A stretch of 60,645 bases of DNA, counting the filler, from Barthelona sp. PAP020 (Eukaryota), in NCBI GenBank assembly GCA_040182905.1. It is 6 parts of 6 records of this genome, joined end to end, with 100 filler letters (N's around TTAATTAATTAA, not from the genome) between each part and the next. Parts side by side here need not be neighbours in the genome. Positions count along the whole stretch, not along the records: positions 40,843 to 50,730 come from JARQWU010000415.1; positions 50,831 to 60,645 come from JARQWU010000416.1; 4 more parts are not named here. One strand, written 5' to 3'. Positions 43,006 to 53,273 of the stretch are shown in pieces. Each line of letters begins with the position of its first letter. The stretch's first letter is position 1. The notes under the pieces are model-generated. The model did no database searches, was not told the origin of the DNA, and saw only the letters and a list, made by a program, of their open reading frames with translations. The translations under genes were made by a program, and so were the position numbers.

Positions 43006-45051
43006 TTAAGCAGTTGGGAACATTTTCAAGGAAACACCTTTGCTGCTATTGGTTTGGGAATGAGTTCTGGATTTATTTTCTGACTTGGTTTTGGTTCTTC
43101 TCTCCTTGTTATCTTTTTTCTCTCTCTTTTCTTTTTTCTCTTTTTGTGAAGTGTCTTTATCGGAATCAGCTGTAACTTCCTCCTGTGAGACGCTCTTTTC
43201 TCTTTTGTCATCATCTTCCGGTTTTTTCTTCTTTTGTCTCTTTTCACGTTGGTCTTTTCTTTCTTTCTTCTCCTTCATCAAATTAATTCTGCCTTTTCTG
43301 CCAATATTCATTTCAACTTTGCCAATTTTAGGGAGAATTTCTTCAATTTCTTCTTCATTTTTGTCATCTTCAACTTCATCACTTTCAAACTGTCTCAAAA
43401 ACTTCTTAATCCTAACGTCTTTATCAATCTCTTGTCTCCATTTTGGTTCTCTGAACATATGATAGACATCTAAATGAAGATTCTTAGCAACATGAAATCC
43501 AAACTTGTTTGAAACAACTCGGCTATAATTTCTATCCAACAGTTGAATGATTTGAAATTTAACACCATATTTATTTAACATGAAAATATCCTCCAAAACA
43601 TGTGACCCAAAGCTATTACAACACAATTCAATAGTATTATCCAACAAATTTTTAATCACTGCATTGTATAATTCACTGGGTAAAGAAGACCTGATCTTTG
43701 AAGCAATGAATGCTTGCATAACATAAGATCCTGATTTATCACAACTCATTGTCAAATACCAATCTTTTTCTTGACGGCCAAAACTCTCAAAGAACTTCTT
43801 TGATTTTCTATAATCAAACTTCAGCAATGCCTGAATTAAGATGGATCCTTTCGAAGTGACCTCTGTTCTTAAAGGGTTGTATCTTTTTTTACCACCGATT
43901 CTTAACAATCTGGGGATGAATGTCAAAGGATCTCGTTCTTTTGTGATTGAGGGATTCAAAAAGTAATAAGAGTATAAATCTTTCATAATTCTTGATTGTC
44001 CAGTGAATAGTCTTGCAGCAGAAAACAAATTCACTAATGAAACAACGATTCCAAATCTGTCACCAGAGAAACATTGAATAAACAAATTCTCATCCTTTTC
44101 ATTCACATACTGCTTGTCCCAAACAATGTCAAACCAAACTTTTGCCCTTTCTTTGATAGAATCCTTGTCACTTTGACTGTCTAAATCAATCATTGTTTGA
44201 ATAACATAATTGGAACAATGTTGACGCACTATATCATCAAATTTAATTTCAGATATTCTTTTGAACAAATTATCACGTTCATTTTCATTCAAATGCAACA
44301 GAACCCCTTGTGCGATGTGTGAGGCCTTATCATTAACAATGCAAAAGTTGAAATTTTCAACAATACTCTTCACGAGATCGATAATCATTCGGCGTTCGCA
44401 AATTCGAGGCAGAATAGTGTATAAAGGAGAAACAACTTGGTCTGTAATATTGTCCAAAATGTATCTTTCGTCCAATATTTTATTCATAAAAGAACCTCGC
44501 ACAGCAAACAACTTGCTTGAAGGATTGTGCTTGATGATTTTTTGTTCAGCAAATAATCGGTAAAACTTGTCCTTGTTAAATATTTGTTCGGGCTCACAAC
44601 CAAATAGAATTGTGATCAAAGTTCTAATAACGGGATTTGAACTTCTCTGAGTGATCATCTTTGTCCAATGATCAATTAAAAACTCAGAAAACTCCAAAAT
44701 AGTCTCAATAATCATTTGCTGATGTTCAACTTCATTTTCACCCCAAATAATTGGTGCAAAAATGTTCAAAATTGTTTCAATAACTCTTGATCCGGATGGA
44801 GAAATGATCAACTCACCAAATCCTCCAAAAAAAGTTCTAAAAAAAGAATGAACTTGAATAATGCTGCTCCTTTTTAATATTGTTTCGAGTGGTGTTGAAC
44901 AAAACTTGTGTCGAGCAACCATCATCTCTTTTCCCTCCAATTCTCTGTAAACATCATCCAGAATCAATGAAGCATCAACTGATTCCTTTGAAATTATAGA
45001 ACAAGTCTTATCTAAATATCTTCGTAATTCTTTAAAATCAATTGAAGGCAT
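43006..45051 (-). CDS. NOP9: Nucleolar protein 9 (Pumilio-like repeats)
   Basis: ELEGKE...CSTPLE, SGSRVIETIL, ASHIAQ, SNYVIQ, GSILIQALLKF, SGSYVMQAF, FGSHVLE repeats and a K/E-rich tail. Confidence 0.85.
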   Translation of the reverse strand: MPSIDFKELRRYLDKTCSIISKESVDASLILDDVYRELEGKEMMVARHKFCSTPLETILKRSSIIQVHSFFRTFFGGFGELIISPSGSRVIETILNIFAPIIWGENEVEHQQMIIETILEFSEFLIDHWTKMITQRSSNPVIRTLITILFGCEPEQIFNKDKFYRLFAEQKIIKHNPSSKLFAVRGSFMNKILDERYILDNITDQVVSPLYTILPRICERRMIIDLVKSIVENFNFCIVNDKASHIAQGVLLHLNENERDNLFKRISEIKFDDIVRQHCSNYVIQTMIDLDSQSDKDSIKERAKVWFDIVWDKQYVNEKDENLFIQCFSGDRFGIVVSLVNLFSAARLFTGQSRIMKDLYSYYFLNPSITKERDPLTFIPRLLRIGGKKRYNPLRTEVTSKGSILIQALLKFDYRKSKKFFESFGRQEKDWYLTMSCDKSGSYVMQAFIASKIRSSLPSELYNAVIKNLLDNTIELCCNSFGSHVLEDIFMLNKYGVKFQIIQLLDRNYSRVVSNKFGFHVAKNLHLDVYHMFREPKWRQEIDKDVRIKKFLRQFESDEVEDDKNEEEIEEILPKIGKVEMNIGRKGRINLMKEKKERKDQREKRQKKKKPEDDDKREKSVSQEEVTADSDKDTSQKEKKEKREKKDNKERRTKTKSENKSRTHSQTNSSKGVSLKMFPTA

Positions 45052-45232
45052 TGTGTGACAAAAAAGGGTTTCCAATTTTTTTTTGAAGTTTCATTTTATT
45101 CATTTCACCAGCTCTTTTTAGTTTCAATTTTGCCCACAAATCAGCTTGACTTACTATGATACAAATTTAGTCCTGAATAAACTTTTACACCCAACAAAAA
45201 CAAAACACTACAAAAATTATTTATACAAATGA

Positions 45233-46921
45233 CTAAGAACACCAAACAAAGACCGATCCATCTGTACTACAAGAATACAAACACGTGTCGACTGGATCTT
45301 TGGCAAACAAGACACTTTGAACCGTATCACTGTGACCCTCCAAAGTATAAGGTGTTTCACCAAAAGGACAAATGTGGACACAAGAATCATCGCTACCAAC
45401 AGCAATACTTTCACTTTTTGGATGCCATGTCAAGGAATTTGCACTTACAGGACCTAAATTGAATTGATGAAGTACTTTAAGAGTACGAAGATCCCAAACA
45501 ATAGCCATACCATCTGAATCACATGAGGCAGCCAAATAATTAGTTAAAGAAAACCTGGCACAATTGATTGGTGCTTCATGTCCAACCAATGTATGTGTAC
45601 ACAGGCTAGTTCTGGCATCCCAAAGACTTACTGTTTCATCGGCACTGGCAGTAATAACGTAATTGGTATAGGGTTGAAATTCACACGAGTTAACTGAATC
45701 AACATGTCCTCTTAATGATGTGACATTCACGTTGCGGATGATGTCCCAAATTTTGGCAGTTTGATCCATTGATGCCGAAACAACAAAATCATCAGAATAG
45801 TGGAATGATACATCCCACACGGGTGCAGTATGGCCTCTAAGGACAACTGATCTGCTTGCTTTTCTCAAATCCCATAATGACACGGTGCAATCTCCGCTTC
45901 CAGTTGCCATTGTATTTCCATTATTGGAAAAAGCAACAGAAGATAGCCAATCATCATGTCCAAGGAACGACGCAACAGCGTTATTTTCTGGAACAGAAAA
46001 CAAACGAAATGAGCAATCATCACCACCAACAGCCAAGAAAGGTTTAACTGGATGTAATGCCAAACATGAAGCAGCACGTTCAGAAACGTTGAATTGAGAC
46101 TTTTGTCTCATTTGAGAGGGCAACGAAGGGAAAGCAACGTTTTCATACGGATTTTGTGGTATTTCAACATTCATGACAGCTTTTGGTTCTTTAGGCTTTG
46201 TTTTCACCTCCTCTTTAATTTCATCTGGTTCATTGGCTTTTTCAAGTGTTTTAATGGTTTCATAGGCAGAGTGTAACTTGGTCTTTAACTTCGAAATTTC
46301 CATATTGGCCAAAGCCTTCTCTTTCGATGCCTTGATATATTTTTCTTCCAATTTGGCAACTGTTTGAGGATATTCGTCGTAGTGTTTTTTCAACAATTTC
46401 ATGTCTTGCTGCAACTTTTTGTTGTTTTGTTTGACACGTCTGAAATGATTCTTTAAAAAATCACGTTCCTTTCTAAACTTTTCATAATCAGTCATAGCCT
46501 TTGATGTTTCTTCTCTGTACTGCTTTACCAACACTTCCAATCTCTGAACTTCTTTTACCAGTCTTTGGTTTTCAAAATATACATCTGGTGGACTTTCTAA
46601 TGTACTTTTATTTATGGTACCGCTTTGCAATTTCTCGTAAAATTCATTTTGAAAGGTTTGAAGAGTGGTGGTGAGTCCTGTTCGAATCAAAAAATTTCTC
46701 ACAAAATCATCAATAGCCTCACTGCCTTTTTGCAGTTCTGCTTCAGGTTTAGGTGGTAGTGCATCCAATTGAGTTTTTTGAACAGTCATTCTCATTGTTT
46801 CAAAATTATCATCTTGAATTTCAAACATCTCTGGGTCATCAATTAATTCTTCATCCAAATCCAATTCATTATATTCAAAATCGGAATCTGAATCATTAAT
46901 ATAATTGTTCGAATCACTCAT
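45233..46921 (-). CDS. SPAG16: Flagellar central-pair WD-repeat protein PF20/SPAG16
   Basis: EAIDDFVRNFLIRTGLTTTLQTFQNEFYE, coiled coil with KFRKERDF, then WD40 repeats (GHDDWLS, GHVDSVNS). Confidence 0.93.
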   Translation of the reverse strand: MSDSNNYINDSDSDFEYNELDLDEELIDDPEMFEIQDDNFETMRMTVQKTQLDALPPKPEAELQKGSEAIDDFVRNFLIRTGLTTTLQTFQNEFYEKLQSGTINKSTLESPPDVYFENQRLVKEVQRLEVLVKQYREETSKAMTDYEKFRKERDFLKNHFRRVKQNNKKLQQDMKLLKKHYDEYPQTVAKLEEKYIKASKEKALANMEISKLKTKLHSAYETIKTLEKANEPDEIKEEVKTKPKEPKAVMNVEIPQNPYENVAFPSLPSQMRQKSQFNVSERAASCLALHPVKPFLAVGGDDCSFRLFSVPENNAVASFLGHDDWLSSVAFSNNGNTMATGSGDCTVSLWDLRKASRSVVLRGHTAPVWDVSFHYSDDFVVSASMDQTAKIWDIIRNVNVTSLRGHVDSVNSCEFQPYTNYVITASADETVSLWDARTSLCTHTLVGHEAPINCARFSLTNYLAASCDSDGMAIVWDLRTLKVLHQFNLGPVSANSLTWHPKSESIAVGSDDSCVHICPFGETPYTLEGHSDTVQSVLFAKDPVDTCLYSCSTDGSVFVWCS

Positions 46922-47092
46922 TTAAATAAAAAATTCAAATTGTTCCTTTTTCAGTATTTATCATTTTTTAAGGATTGACAATCCAAAAAAAAAGTATTTT
47001 CACAATAAAAAATTATTTCTCTGTTGGTGAAATAATGAATGGTGGAAAAAGAGACAAAGAACTTTTTGATATTTTATATGATTAATTTTTAA

Positions 47093-49483
47093 ATGAACGT
47101 CAATGTATTTGATTCAAAACAAATTCCACATTCCATTGCAATTAAAATATTAAGTTTAACTGGATTTTCAAACAAATTTTATTCATCTTTTGACCTAATA
47201 GTCACTATTGGTTTGACCAGTTTTGGTCAAGAAATTATAACACCAATTGTATTACCTTATATGCATAATTCTAATGATATTGCCCCATGTTGGAATACGT
47301 GGATTCATTTACCATATTCATATTCGTCCATTGCACCTGATTCACAAATTATTATAACAATAAAAGGTGTTAATGATGAAAATGAAGAATTATTAGTTGG
47401 ATCAACAACTGTTTCTTTGTTTGATAAGAAAAAATGGTTGCGAAGTGGTGAAATTAAGGCTTTGATATATCCCAATGTAATACCAAATATCGACAATCCT
47501 TCTACAACAAATGGATTGATTAATATCAATGAAAATGCTTATTCAAATCAGTTAGCTTTTTTAAATACCAAATTGGCTGATTTATGGAGAGGAACTATTA
47601 AAAAATCAGAATGGCTGGATAATATTGCTTTTCTTCAAATTGAAAAGATTAACAAAGCGGCACCTCCGTTAATGGAAGAGAGTTTGGAATTGAACATATG
47701 TTTCCCTGATTTTGGTGGAATGGTTGAATACGAACCAATGACGAATAATTTTAAAACTCGAAAAAACTCTGAATCTTCGTCAACAAGATTATTTAATCGT
47801 CTTGTTAGATTTAATGGCTTTGTTATTCCAATGAAAGTTTCAGTTGCAGAAAGAAAAAAATTGAAATCTTTGTTACGCAGATGTCCTACAGAATCATATA
47901 CAGGAACGGAAATCAATCTTTTGAAACAATGGCAAAAATTTGCTGCTGAAGAAGAAAATGCAGGTGTGGTTTACATGCGGATTACTAATTTAATGAATCA
48001 TGAGTTTCCATTGAGTTTGCAATTTTTAAAGGAATCAAAGAAATCCAGTGTAGGGATTATCATGGAATTTTTTGGTGAAAGATACACCAAGAAATCAGTG
48101 CCTCAAAAATCTTTGGATGAATTACACAAATATGCGATTGAAATTTTAAACAGTGCTTCAAATGAAATTTTAGCACTTTATCTTTTGCAATTGGTTCAAG
48201 CATTGGCAATGATGGTCAAATTTCGAAACCAAACGCCATATTCTACCTTATTGGGATTATTTTTATTGGAAAGGTGTACTACTGACATAAATTTGGCTGT
48301 AAAGTTTTATTGGCATGTGAAAGTGATAACTGAAAATCAAGAAAATTCCCGAGAATTTGTTGAGATGTTTAAAGACTTTATGTATGAATTTAAACAATCT
48401 TTATACATCAACAATTCCAAATTTTCTGGGATTATTCAAAGACAAGATGAATTTGTAAGTTCTTTGATTGCTTTAGGAATGAGTTTACCCCCAGATCGTC
48501 TTAAAGCTGAAAGTATTTTAAGAGATCAATTGATGAATGGTTATTTTGACAAGTATTTTGAAGATCCTTTGCCATTACCGTTGGATCCTTCCATTGTTGC
48601 AAAAAGAATCGTTCCAACCAAAGTGAAGGTGTTTGCTAGTGCTAGAAAACCATTTTTATTAACTTTTGAGACTGTTGATAACTCCACTTATAGTATCATT
48701 TTCAAAACTGGAGATGATATGAGACAAGATGAGTTTATCATTAATATGATTAAGATAATCAATATTCAATTAAAAAACGATGGATTTGATTTGGATTTGA
48801 CCCCTTATTCAACACTAGCGACAAGTCTTTCCTCGGGTATGGTTCAGTGTATTTCTGCCAAAGGTCTTGAGGACATTTTAAAAGAACATGGCTCCTTATA
48901 TTCATACTTTGCAGGGATATCACCAGGTGTACCTTCAAAAGGTAACAATCAAAATTTATTGATACATCCAGTCACACAGAAACGTTTTGTCAGATCAAAT
49001 GCTGGTTATTGTATTATAACCTATCTTTTAGGAATTGGTGATCGACATAACGATAATGTTATGATTAGTGATGATGGAAAAGTGATACATATTGATTTTG
49101 GATTTATTTTGGGAAAGGACCCCAAAGCTTTTGCCCCTCCTATGAAATTGAATGGACCTATGTTGGAAGCAATGGGAGGCTATGAAGGAAAACCTTTCCA
49201 AACATTCTGTGAGCTATGTTGTGAAAGTTTTGTGTGTTTGAGACGCAGTCAAAACATGATTATGAATCTGATTTCTTTGGTCATGCATTCTGGTTATCAA
49301 TCTATTGATAATACAATTGAAGAAAGAGATTTAATGTTAAAGAAATGTGTTGAAAAATTTAGACAAGATTTGGATGATGATCAATCTTACAGATACATTC
49401 AAGCTTTGATAAATGATAGTTTGACAGCATTTTTCCCAAAAATCAATGAAACTATTCACAGAATTGCTCAATCTTATAGATAA
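47093..49483 (+). CDS. VPS34: Class III phosphatidylinositol 3-kinase Vps34
   Basis: N-terminal C2 (WNTWIHLP), LYLLQLVQAL, PLPLDP, IFKTGDDMRQD, AGYCIITYLLGIGDRHNDN, HIDFGFILGKDPK, PPMKL, C-terminal IHRIAQSYR. Confidence 0.96.
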   Translation: MNVNVFDSKQIPHSIAIKILSLTGFSNKFYSSFDLIVTIGLTSFGQEIITPIVLPYMHNSNDIAPCWNTWIHLPYSYSSIAPDSQIIITIKGVNDENEELLVGSTTVSLFDKKKWLRSGEIKALIYPNVIPNIDNPSTTNGLININENAYSNQLAFLNTKLADLWRGTIKKSEWLDNIAFLQIEKINKAAPPLMEESLELNICFPDFGGMVEYEPMTNNFKTRKNSESSSTRLFNRLVRFNGFVIPMKVSVAERKKLKSLLRRCPTESYTGTEINLLKQWQKFAAEEENAGVVYMRITNLMNHEFPLSLQFLKESKKSSVGIIMEFFGERYTKKSVPQKSLDELHKYAIEILNSASNEILALYLLQLVQALAMMVKFRNQTPYSTLLGLFLLERCTTDINLAVKFYWHVKVITENQENSREFVEMFKDFMYEFKQSLYINNSKFSGIIQRQDEFVSSLIALGMSLPPDRLKAESILRDQLMNGYFDKYFEDPLPLPLDPSIVAKRIVPTKVKVFASARKPFLLTFETVDNSTYSIIFKTGDDMRQDEFIINMIKIINIQLKNDGFDLDLTPYSTLATSLSSGMVQCISAKGLEDILKEHGSLYSYFAGISPGVPSKGNNQNLLIHPVTQKRFVRSNAGYCIITYLLGIGDRHNDNVMISDDGKVIHIDFGFILGKDPKAFAPPMKLNGPMLEAMGGYEGKPFQTFCELCCESFVCLRRSQNMIMNLISLVMHSGYQSIDNTIEERDLMLKKCVEKFRQDLDDDQSYRYIQALINDSLTAFFPKINETIHRIAQSYR

Positions 49484-49772
49484 GAAAACTCAACATGCTT
49501 TTTTTTTATTCAATTGTAAATATAATTTTTAAGTCACTTTCTTTTTCATTTACAAAAGCAGAATTGTTAGTATGATTCTATTTGTTGATGTTTCCCATAC
49601 AATCCCAAAGAGCATTTTTAGAACCCAAGAAGGAAAAATGAGCCAAACATTCAAAAAATTATTTGTTCAAATGAAATAATTATGAAAAAAGAAAAAAAAA
49701 TCTTCTCATTTTATGGGAAAAATAACATAAAGTCATTTAAAAAATAAAGAAACACTACAAATTTGTATAAAA

Positions 49773-50375
49773 TTAAACAGAAGTACGACGTTTTTCAAAC
49801 ATTCTTCTGAGATAAAAGATTTGCCACAAAGAAACGCAAACCAAAACAATTGCTTCCAAAAATGAATACCAAAGAACACGGGCGTTGGTTGATTCGGTAG
49901 TGTTACGATGACGACGTTCTCTGGCTTTCATATATTGTTGCTCTTCAGTTATAGCTCTTAATTCATCACGAAGATTAATAACTGATTGTTCTAAAGGGGT
50001 TAAATCACTGTCTTTTGCAAAACCACCTTTGGTATGATCATCATCATTATGAAGATGAAATTGAACAAGTTTAGGAGTCATCTTTGACATATGATTACCA
50101 AAACAGAAACGATATGTACCAGGGGTAACAGCAGTAAAAGAGAATTCACCATCATGACGACGATCAGCTGCGTAAATCATAGATTCTTCAGGTGACCATA
50201 CTCTAACATCAATATCCAATAAACCACCTTGAGCAACTTGATATGTTCCCGAAACTTTAGTACCAGCGGTGACATCCTCATAAAAACACTCTTCACGATT
50301 TGGTTCAACACGGAAAGTCAAAGCTAACGATTGTGCAATGAACAATGATAAAAAAACCAAAGCAACCTTATTCAT
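49773..50375 (-). CDS. TMED2: p24/emp24 cargo receptor, beta subfamily (TMED2-like)
   Basis: Signal peptide, GOLD domain (EECFYE, GGLLDID, YRFCFGN.MS.MTPK), EQQYMKARERRHRNTTESTNARV, TM and a short tail. Confidence 0.92.
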   Translation of the reverse strand: MNKVALVFLSLFIAQSLALTFRVEPNREECFYEDVTAGTKVSGTYQVAQGGLLDIDVRVWSPEESMIYAADRRHDGEFSFTAVTPGTYRFCFGNHMSKMTPKLVQFHLHNDDDHTKGGFAKDSDLTPLEQSVINLRDELRAITEEQQYMKARERRHRNTTESTNARVLWYSFLEAIVLVCVSLWQIFYLRRMFEKRRTSV

Positions 50376-50530
50376 TTGAAAGAAAGTTAAAAAAAATAAA
50401 TAAAAATATGTATGTAAATTTGATTTTTCATTTTACCAAAAACATCAAACATCTTTGAAATTTGTCATCATAAAAAACAAAATGAAAAATAAACTTAATT
50501 TATAATCGAAACGGAAAAAAAACAAAAATT

Positions 50531-50728
50531 TCATTCCAGCTTCTTCTCCTTCGACAATTTGTTTTCATCATCCACAATAAGTGCATTTAGGTCTTCATAT
50601 GGAACAGAAATTCTTTTAAACAACAAGAAGATGGTGACAAAGTGTGTCAGCAACAAAATGACTTGGTTGGCGATTTTGAATGAAAAAGGATGAACAAAAA
50701 CTGATAACAAAATGTTTTCAGGACCTCT
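50531..50728 (-). CDS. 3' end of an ER membrane protein with a KKXX retrieval signal (weakly ALG3-like; cut by contig end)
   Basis: Not in the ORF track. Manual translation RGPENILLSVFVHPFSFKIANQVILLLTHFVTIFLLFKRISVPYEDLNALIVDDENKLSKEKKLE* shows a TM helix and terminal KKLE. Confidence 0.6.
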   Translation of the reverse strand, partial: RGPENILLSVFVHPFSFKIANQVILLLTHFVTIFLLFKRISVPYEDLNALIVDDENKLSKEKKLE

Positions 50729-50730
50729 GT

Positions 50731-50830
50731 NNNNNNNNNNNNNNNNNNNNNNNNNNNNNNNNNNNNNNNNNNNNTTAATTAATTAANNNNNNNNNNNNNN
50801 NNNNNNNNNNNNNNNNNNNNNNNNNNNNNN
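50731..50830. other. Artificial contig spacer
   Basis: 44 N + TTAATTAATTAA + 44 N. Confidence 0.99.
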
Positions 50831-52130
50831 GGAACATAAATTGGTTCATCATCTTTTTACTCTTATCAGGATGATCACAAAGAGTGTGCATAGATTTATA
50901 AGCACGATCAACTTGTTGCTCAATAGTTTCAACCTTGGGAGGAAGGAAACCAACAATACCTAATTTTTCACGTTCAATTTCAGTAAAAGCTGTATCCCTG
51001 TTCATTGCAGGATCACGTAAAACTTGAGGGTCATGGAAATCATGACTAACCTTACCATGCTTATATATGTCATTCAGAGAACAAACTTCAGTTCTATAAT
51101 CAGAAAAGTCACGATCTCCCATAAAAGCATCAGCGTGTTCACGTTCTTCAAGAAGTTCAGCAGCAGAGGCTTCAATTTTAACACGTAACCAATCGGGCTG
51201 TTCAAGATCTTCAATAACAACATATTTTCCCATTCCATCACAAATTACTGGAAGAGAGAAGAAAATTCCAGCAGGAAGTCCATAAACCTTACCATCAGTT
51301 AACACACCCATACAAGTGAAACAGCCAGGTGTTGAACCATTAATGATATCAATAGTATGTCCAAGAATTGCAGTTGCAGCAGAACCGGCAGAAGAAGCAC
51401 CACGTTTTTTAATAATAGCAGAACCACGAGAAGCAACAAAAGGAATGAATTCTTTTTCAATATATTCCAAATCCATTTGTTCCTTTACATTCTTCCATTG
51501 TCCATTTGCTCTATACTTGGCATAAGTAATATCAGCAACTTGAGTAGCAGAATGATTTCCCCAAATAAGAATATTTTCAACATCAATCACTTCAGATTCA
51601 ATCATTTTAGCAATTTTGGCACGGGCACGATTGACATCAAGTCTTGAAAGGGCTGTAAAATTACCTAATGGGATTTTGGGAGCATTAGAAGCACAAATAA
51701 TTGCATTGGTATTACAAGGATTACCAACAACAACAACTTTACAATTATCATTGGCATATTTATTCAAATAATTGCCTGCAAGCTTAAAAATTTCTCCATT
51801 TGCAACAAGAAGATCCTTACGTTGCATACCAGGGCCACGAGGACGAGCTCCAATTAATAAAGCAATATCAACATCGGTATAAGCTTCTTGAGGGTCAGTG
51901 GTAGCAATGACACCTCTAAGTAAAGGACAACAAGAATCTTCCAATTCCATAACAAGAGCTTCTAAACGTTCAATACCCATAGGAATTTCAAGAAGATGAA
52001 GAACAATTTCTTGGTTTTTTCCAAGTAACCCTCCATCAGCAAGTTGGAAGGCGAGATTATAACCGATAGCTCCTGCAGCACCAGTTACCAAAATATGACA
52101 AGGTCTATTGTATAATGGATTGACAATCAT
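50831..52130 (-). CDS. Malate dehydrogenase - malic enzyme fusion protein (3' cut by contig end)
   Basis: Residues 1 to about 338 are a complete cytosolic-type MDH (VTGAAGAIGY, GARPRGPGMQRKDLL, VVGNPCNTN, LSRLDVNRA, IWGNHS, RGASSAGSAA). The frame continues into VLRDPAMNRDTAFTEIEREKLGIVGFLPPKVETIEQQVDR, the N-terminal motif of large-type malic enzymes. Confidence 0.9.
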
Positions 52131-52408
52131 AATAATGCAAACTAAGGAAAAAAAATTTTGTTGAGCTGGAATGAGTCTGACTCCACCCTCAACTTGCTTT
52201 CTATTTTTTTTTTTTTTTAAATAACTTGCACAATTTGATGAGTTATTGCTTGCTTATAACAATTTTTGAAAAAATTTAAAAAAAAATCCTCTCAAAATAT
52301 TTTTGGTGAGATTCATATTTTGAAAGGAAATTCTTTTTTTTTGAATTAAACTCTTAAATAATAAAATTATTGATTATTTGTTGCTGATGATTTTTATTCT
52401 TATTTATT

Positions 52409-52957
52409 ATGAGAGCGGTTATTCAAAGGGTAACTAAGAGTTCTGTTGAAGTTGAATCCAATATTGTTGGAGATATTGGACACGGATTATCATGTTTGAT
52501 TGGTATTTGTTCAGAAGACACAGTTGATGACCTCAATTACATTCTTAAAAAAATCCTTTCTGTGAGATTGTGGCCAAATGAACAAGGCAAACAATGGAAA
52601 AAAAGTGTTGTGGAGCTTGGTTATGAAGTTCTTTTAATATCACAGTTTACCTTGTATGGTTCCGTGAAAAGTGGCAGAAAACCAGATTTTCATCAAGCAA
52701 TGACAGCAAATGAATCTCGTGAAATGTTCAATCAATTGGTTGAAAGAATGAAAGAGGAATATTGTGAAGAGAAAGTTTCAACTGGACAATTTCAAGCGTA
52801 TATGCATGTAGACATAACAAATGATGGACCAGTTACATTGATTATTGATTCTAAACAAAGTAAGTATTTACATGAAATGTCTGATGACGAATTGGCTCTT
52901 GTCAATCCTAGTTATTTGTATGAATTGAATAAAAAAAGGAAAAATAACAAAAATTAA
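52409..52957 (+). CDS. DTD1: D-aminoacyl-tRNA deacylase
   Basis: MRAVIQRV, SQFTL, KPDFH.AM, NDGPVT (Gly-cisPro motif). Confidence 0.97.
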   Translation: MRAVIQRVTKSSVEVESNIVGDIGHGLSCLIGICSEDTVDDLNYILKKILSVRLWPNEQGKQWKKSVVELGYEVLLISQFTLYGSVKSGRKPDFHQAMTANESREMFNQLVERMKEEYCEEKVSTGQFQAYMHVDITNDGPVTLIIDSKQSKYLHEMSDDELALVNPSYLYELNKKRKNNKN

Positions 52958-53273
52958 TTATCTGGCAATTTTGCTGCTCAATTTTGTTTGATTGATTGAT
53001 TTTGAACATATTTTTGAATTGTTTAAATCTGATAAATTTCAAATTATTTCATTAAATAATCAAAATTGTTCATTAAATTCTTATGTTCAGGCTGAATGAC
53101 TTCTTTACACACAAAATAAAAATTTCTTCATTTTATTCTTGTTTGAGCGATTGGATAGTTTTTCATTTCTTTAATTATATGTGATATTCAAGAAAAAAAG
53201 GATATTTTCACTCCACTTCAAATTGAAAGAAAAGTCTCGAAAAAATGGGGAATTCTTATTTTTTTATTCAACA

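Noticed and set aside
10267..50830. Five regularly spaced TTAATTAATTAA palindromes that could look like a repeat system
   Set aside because: Each sits in an identical 44N-12-44N block between contigs of decreasing length, so they are concatenation linkers. ORF tails reading XXXLIN are artefacts of them.
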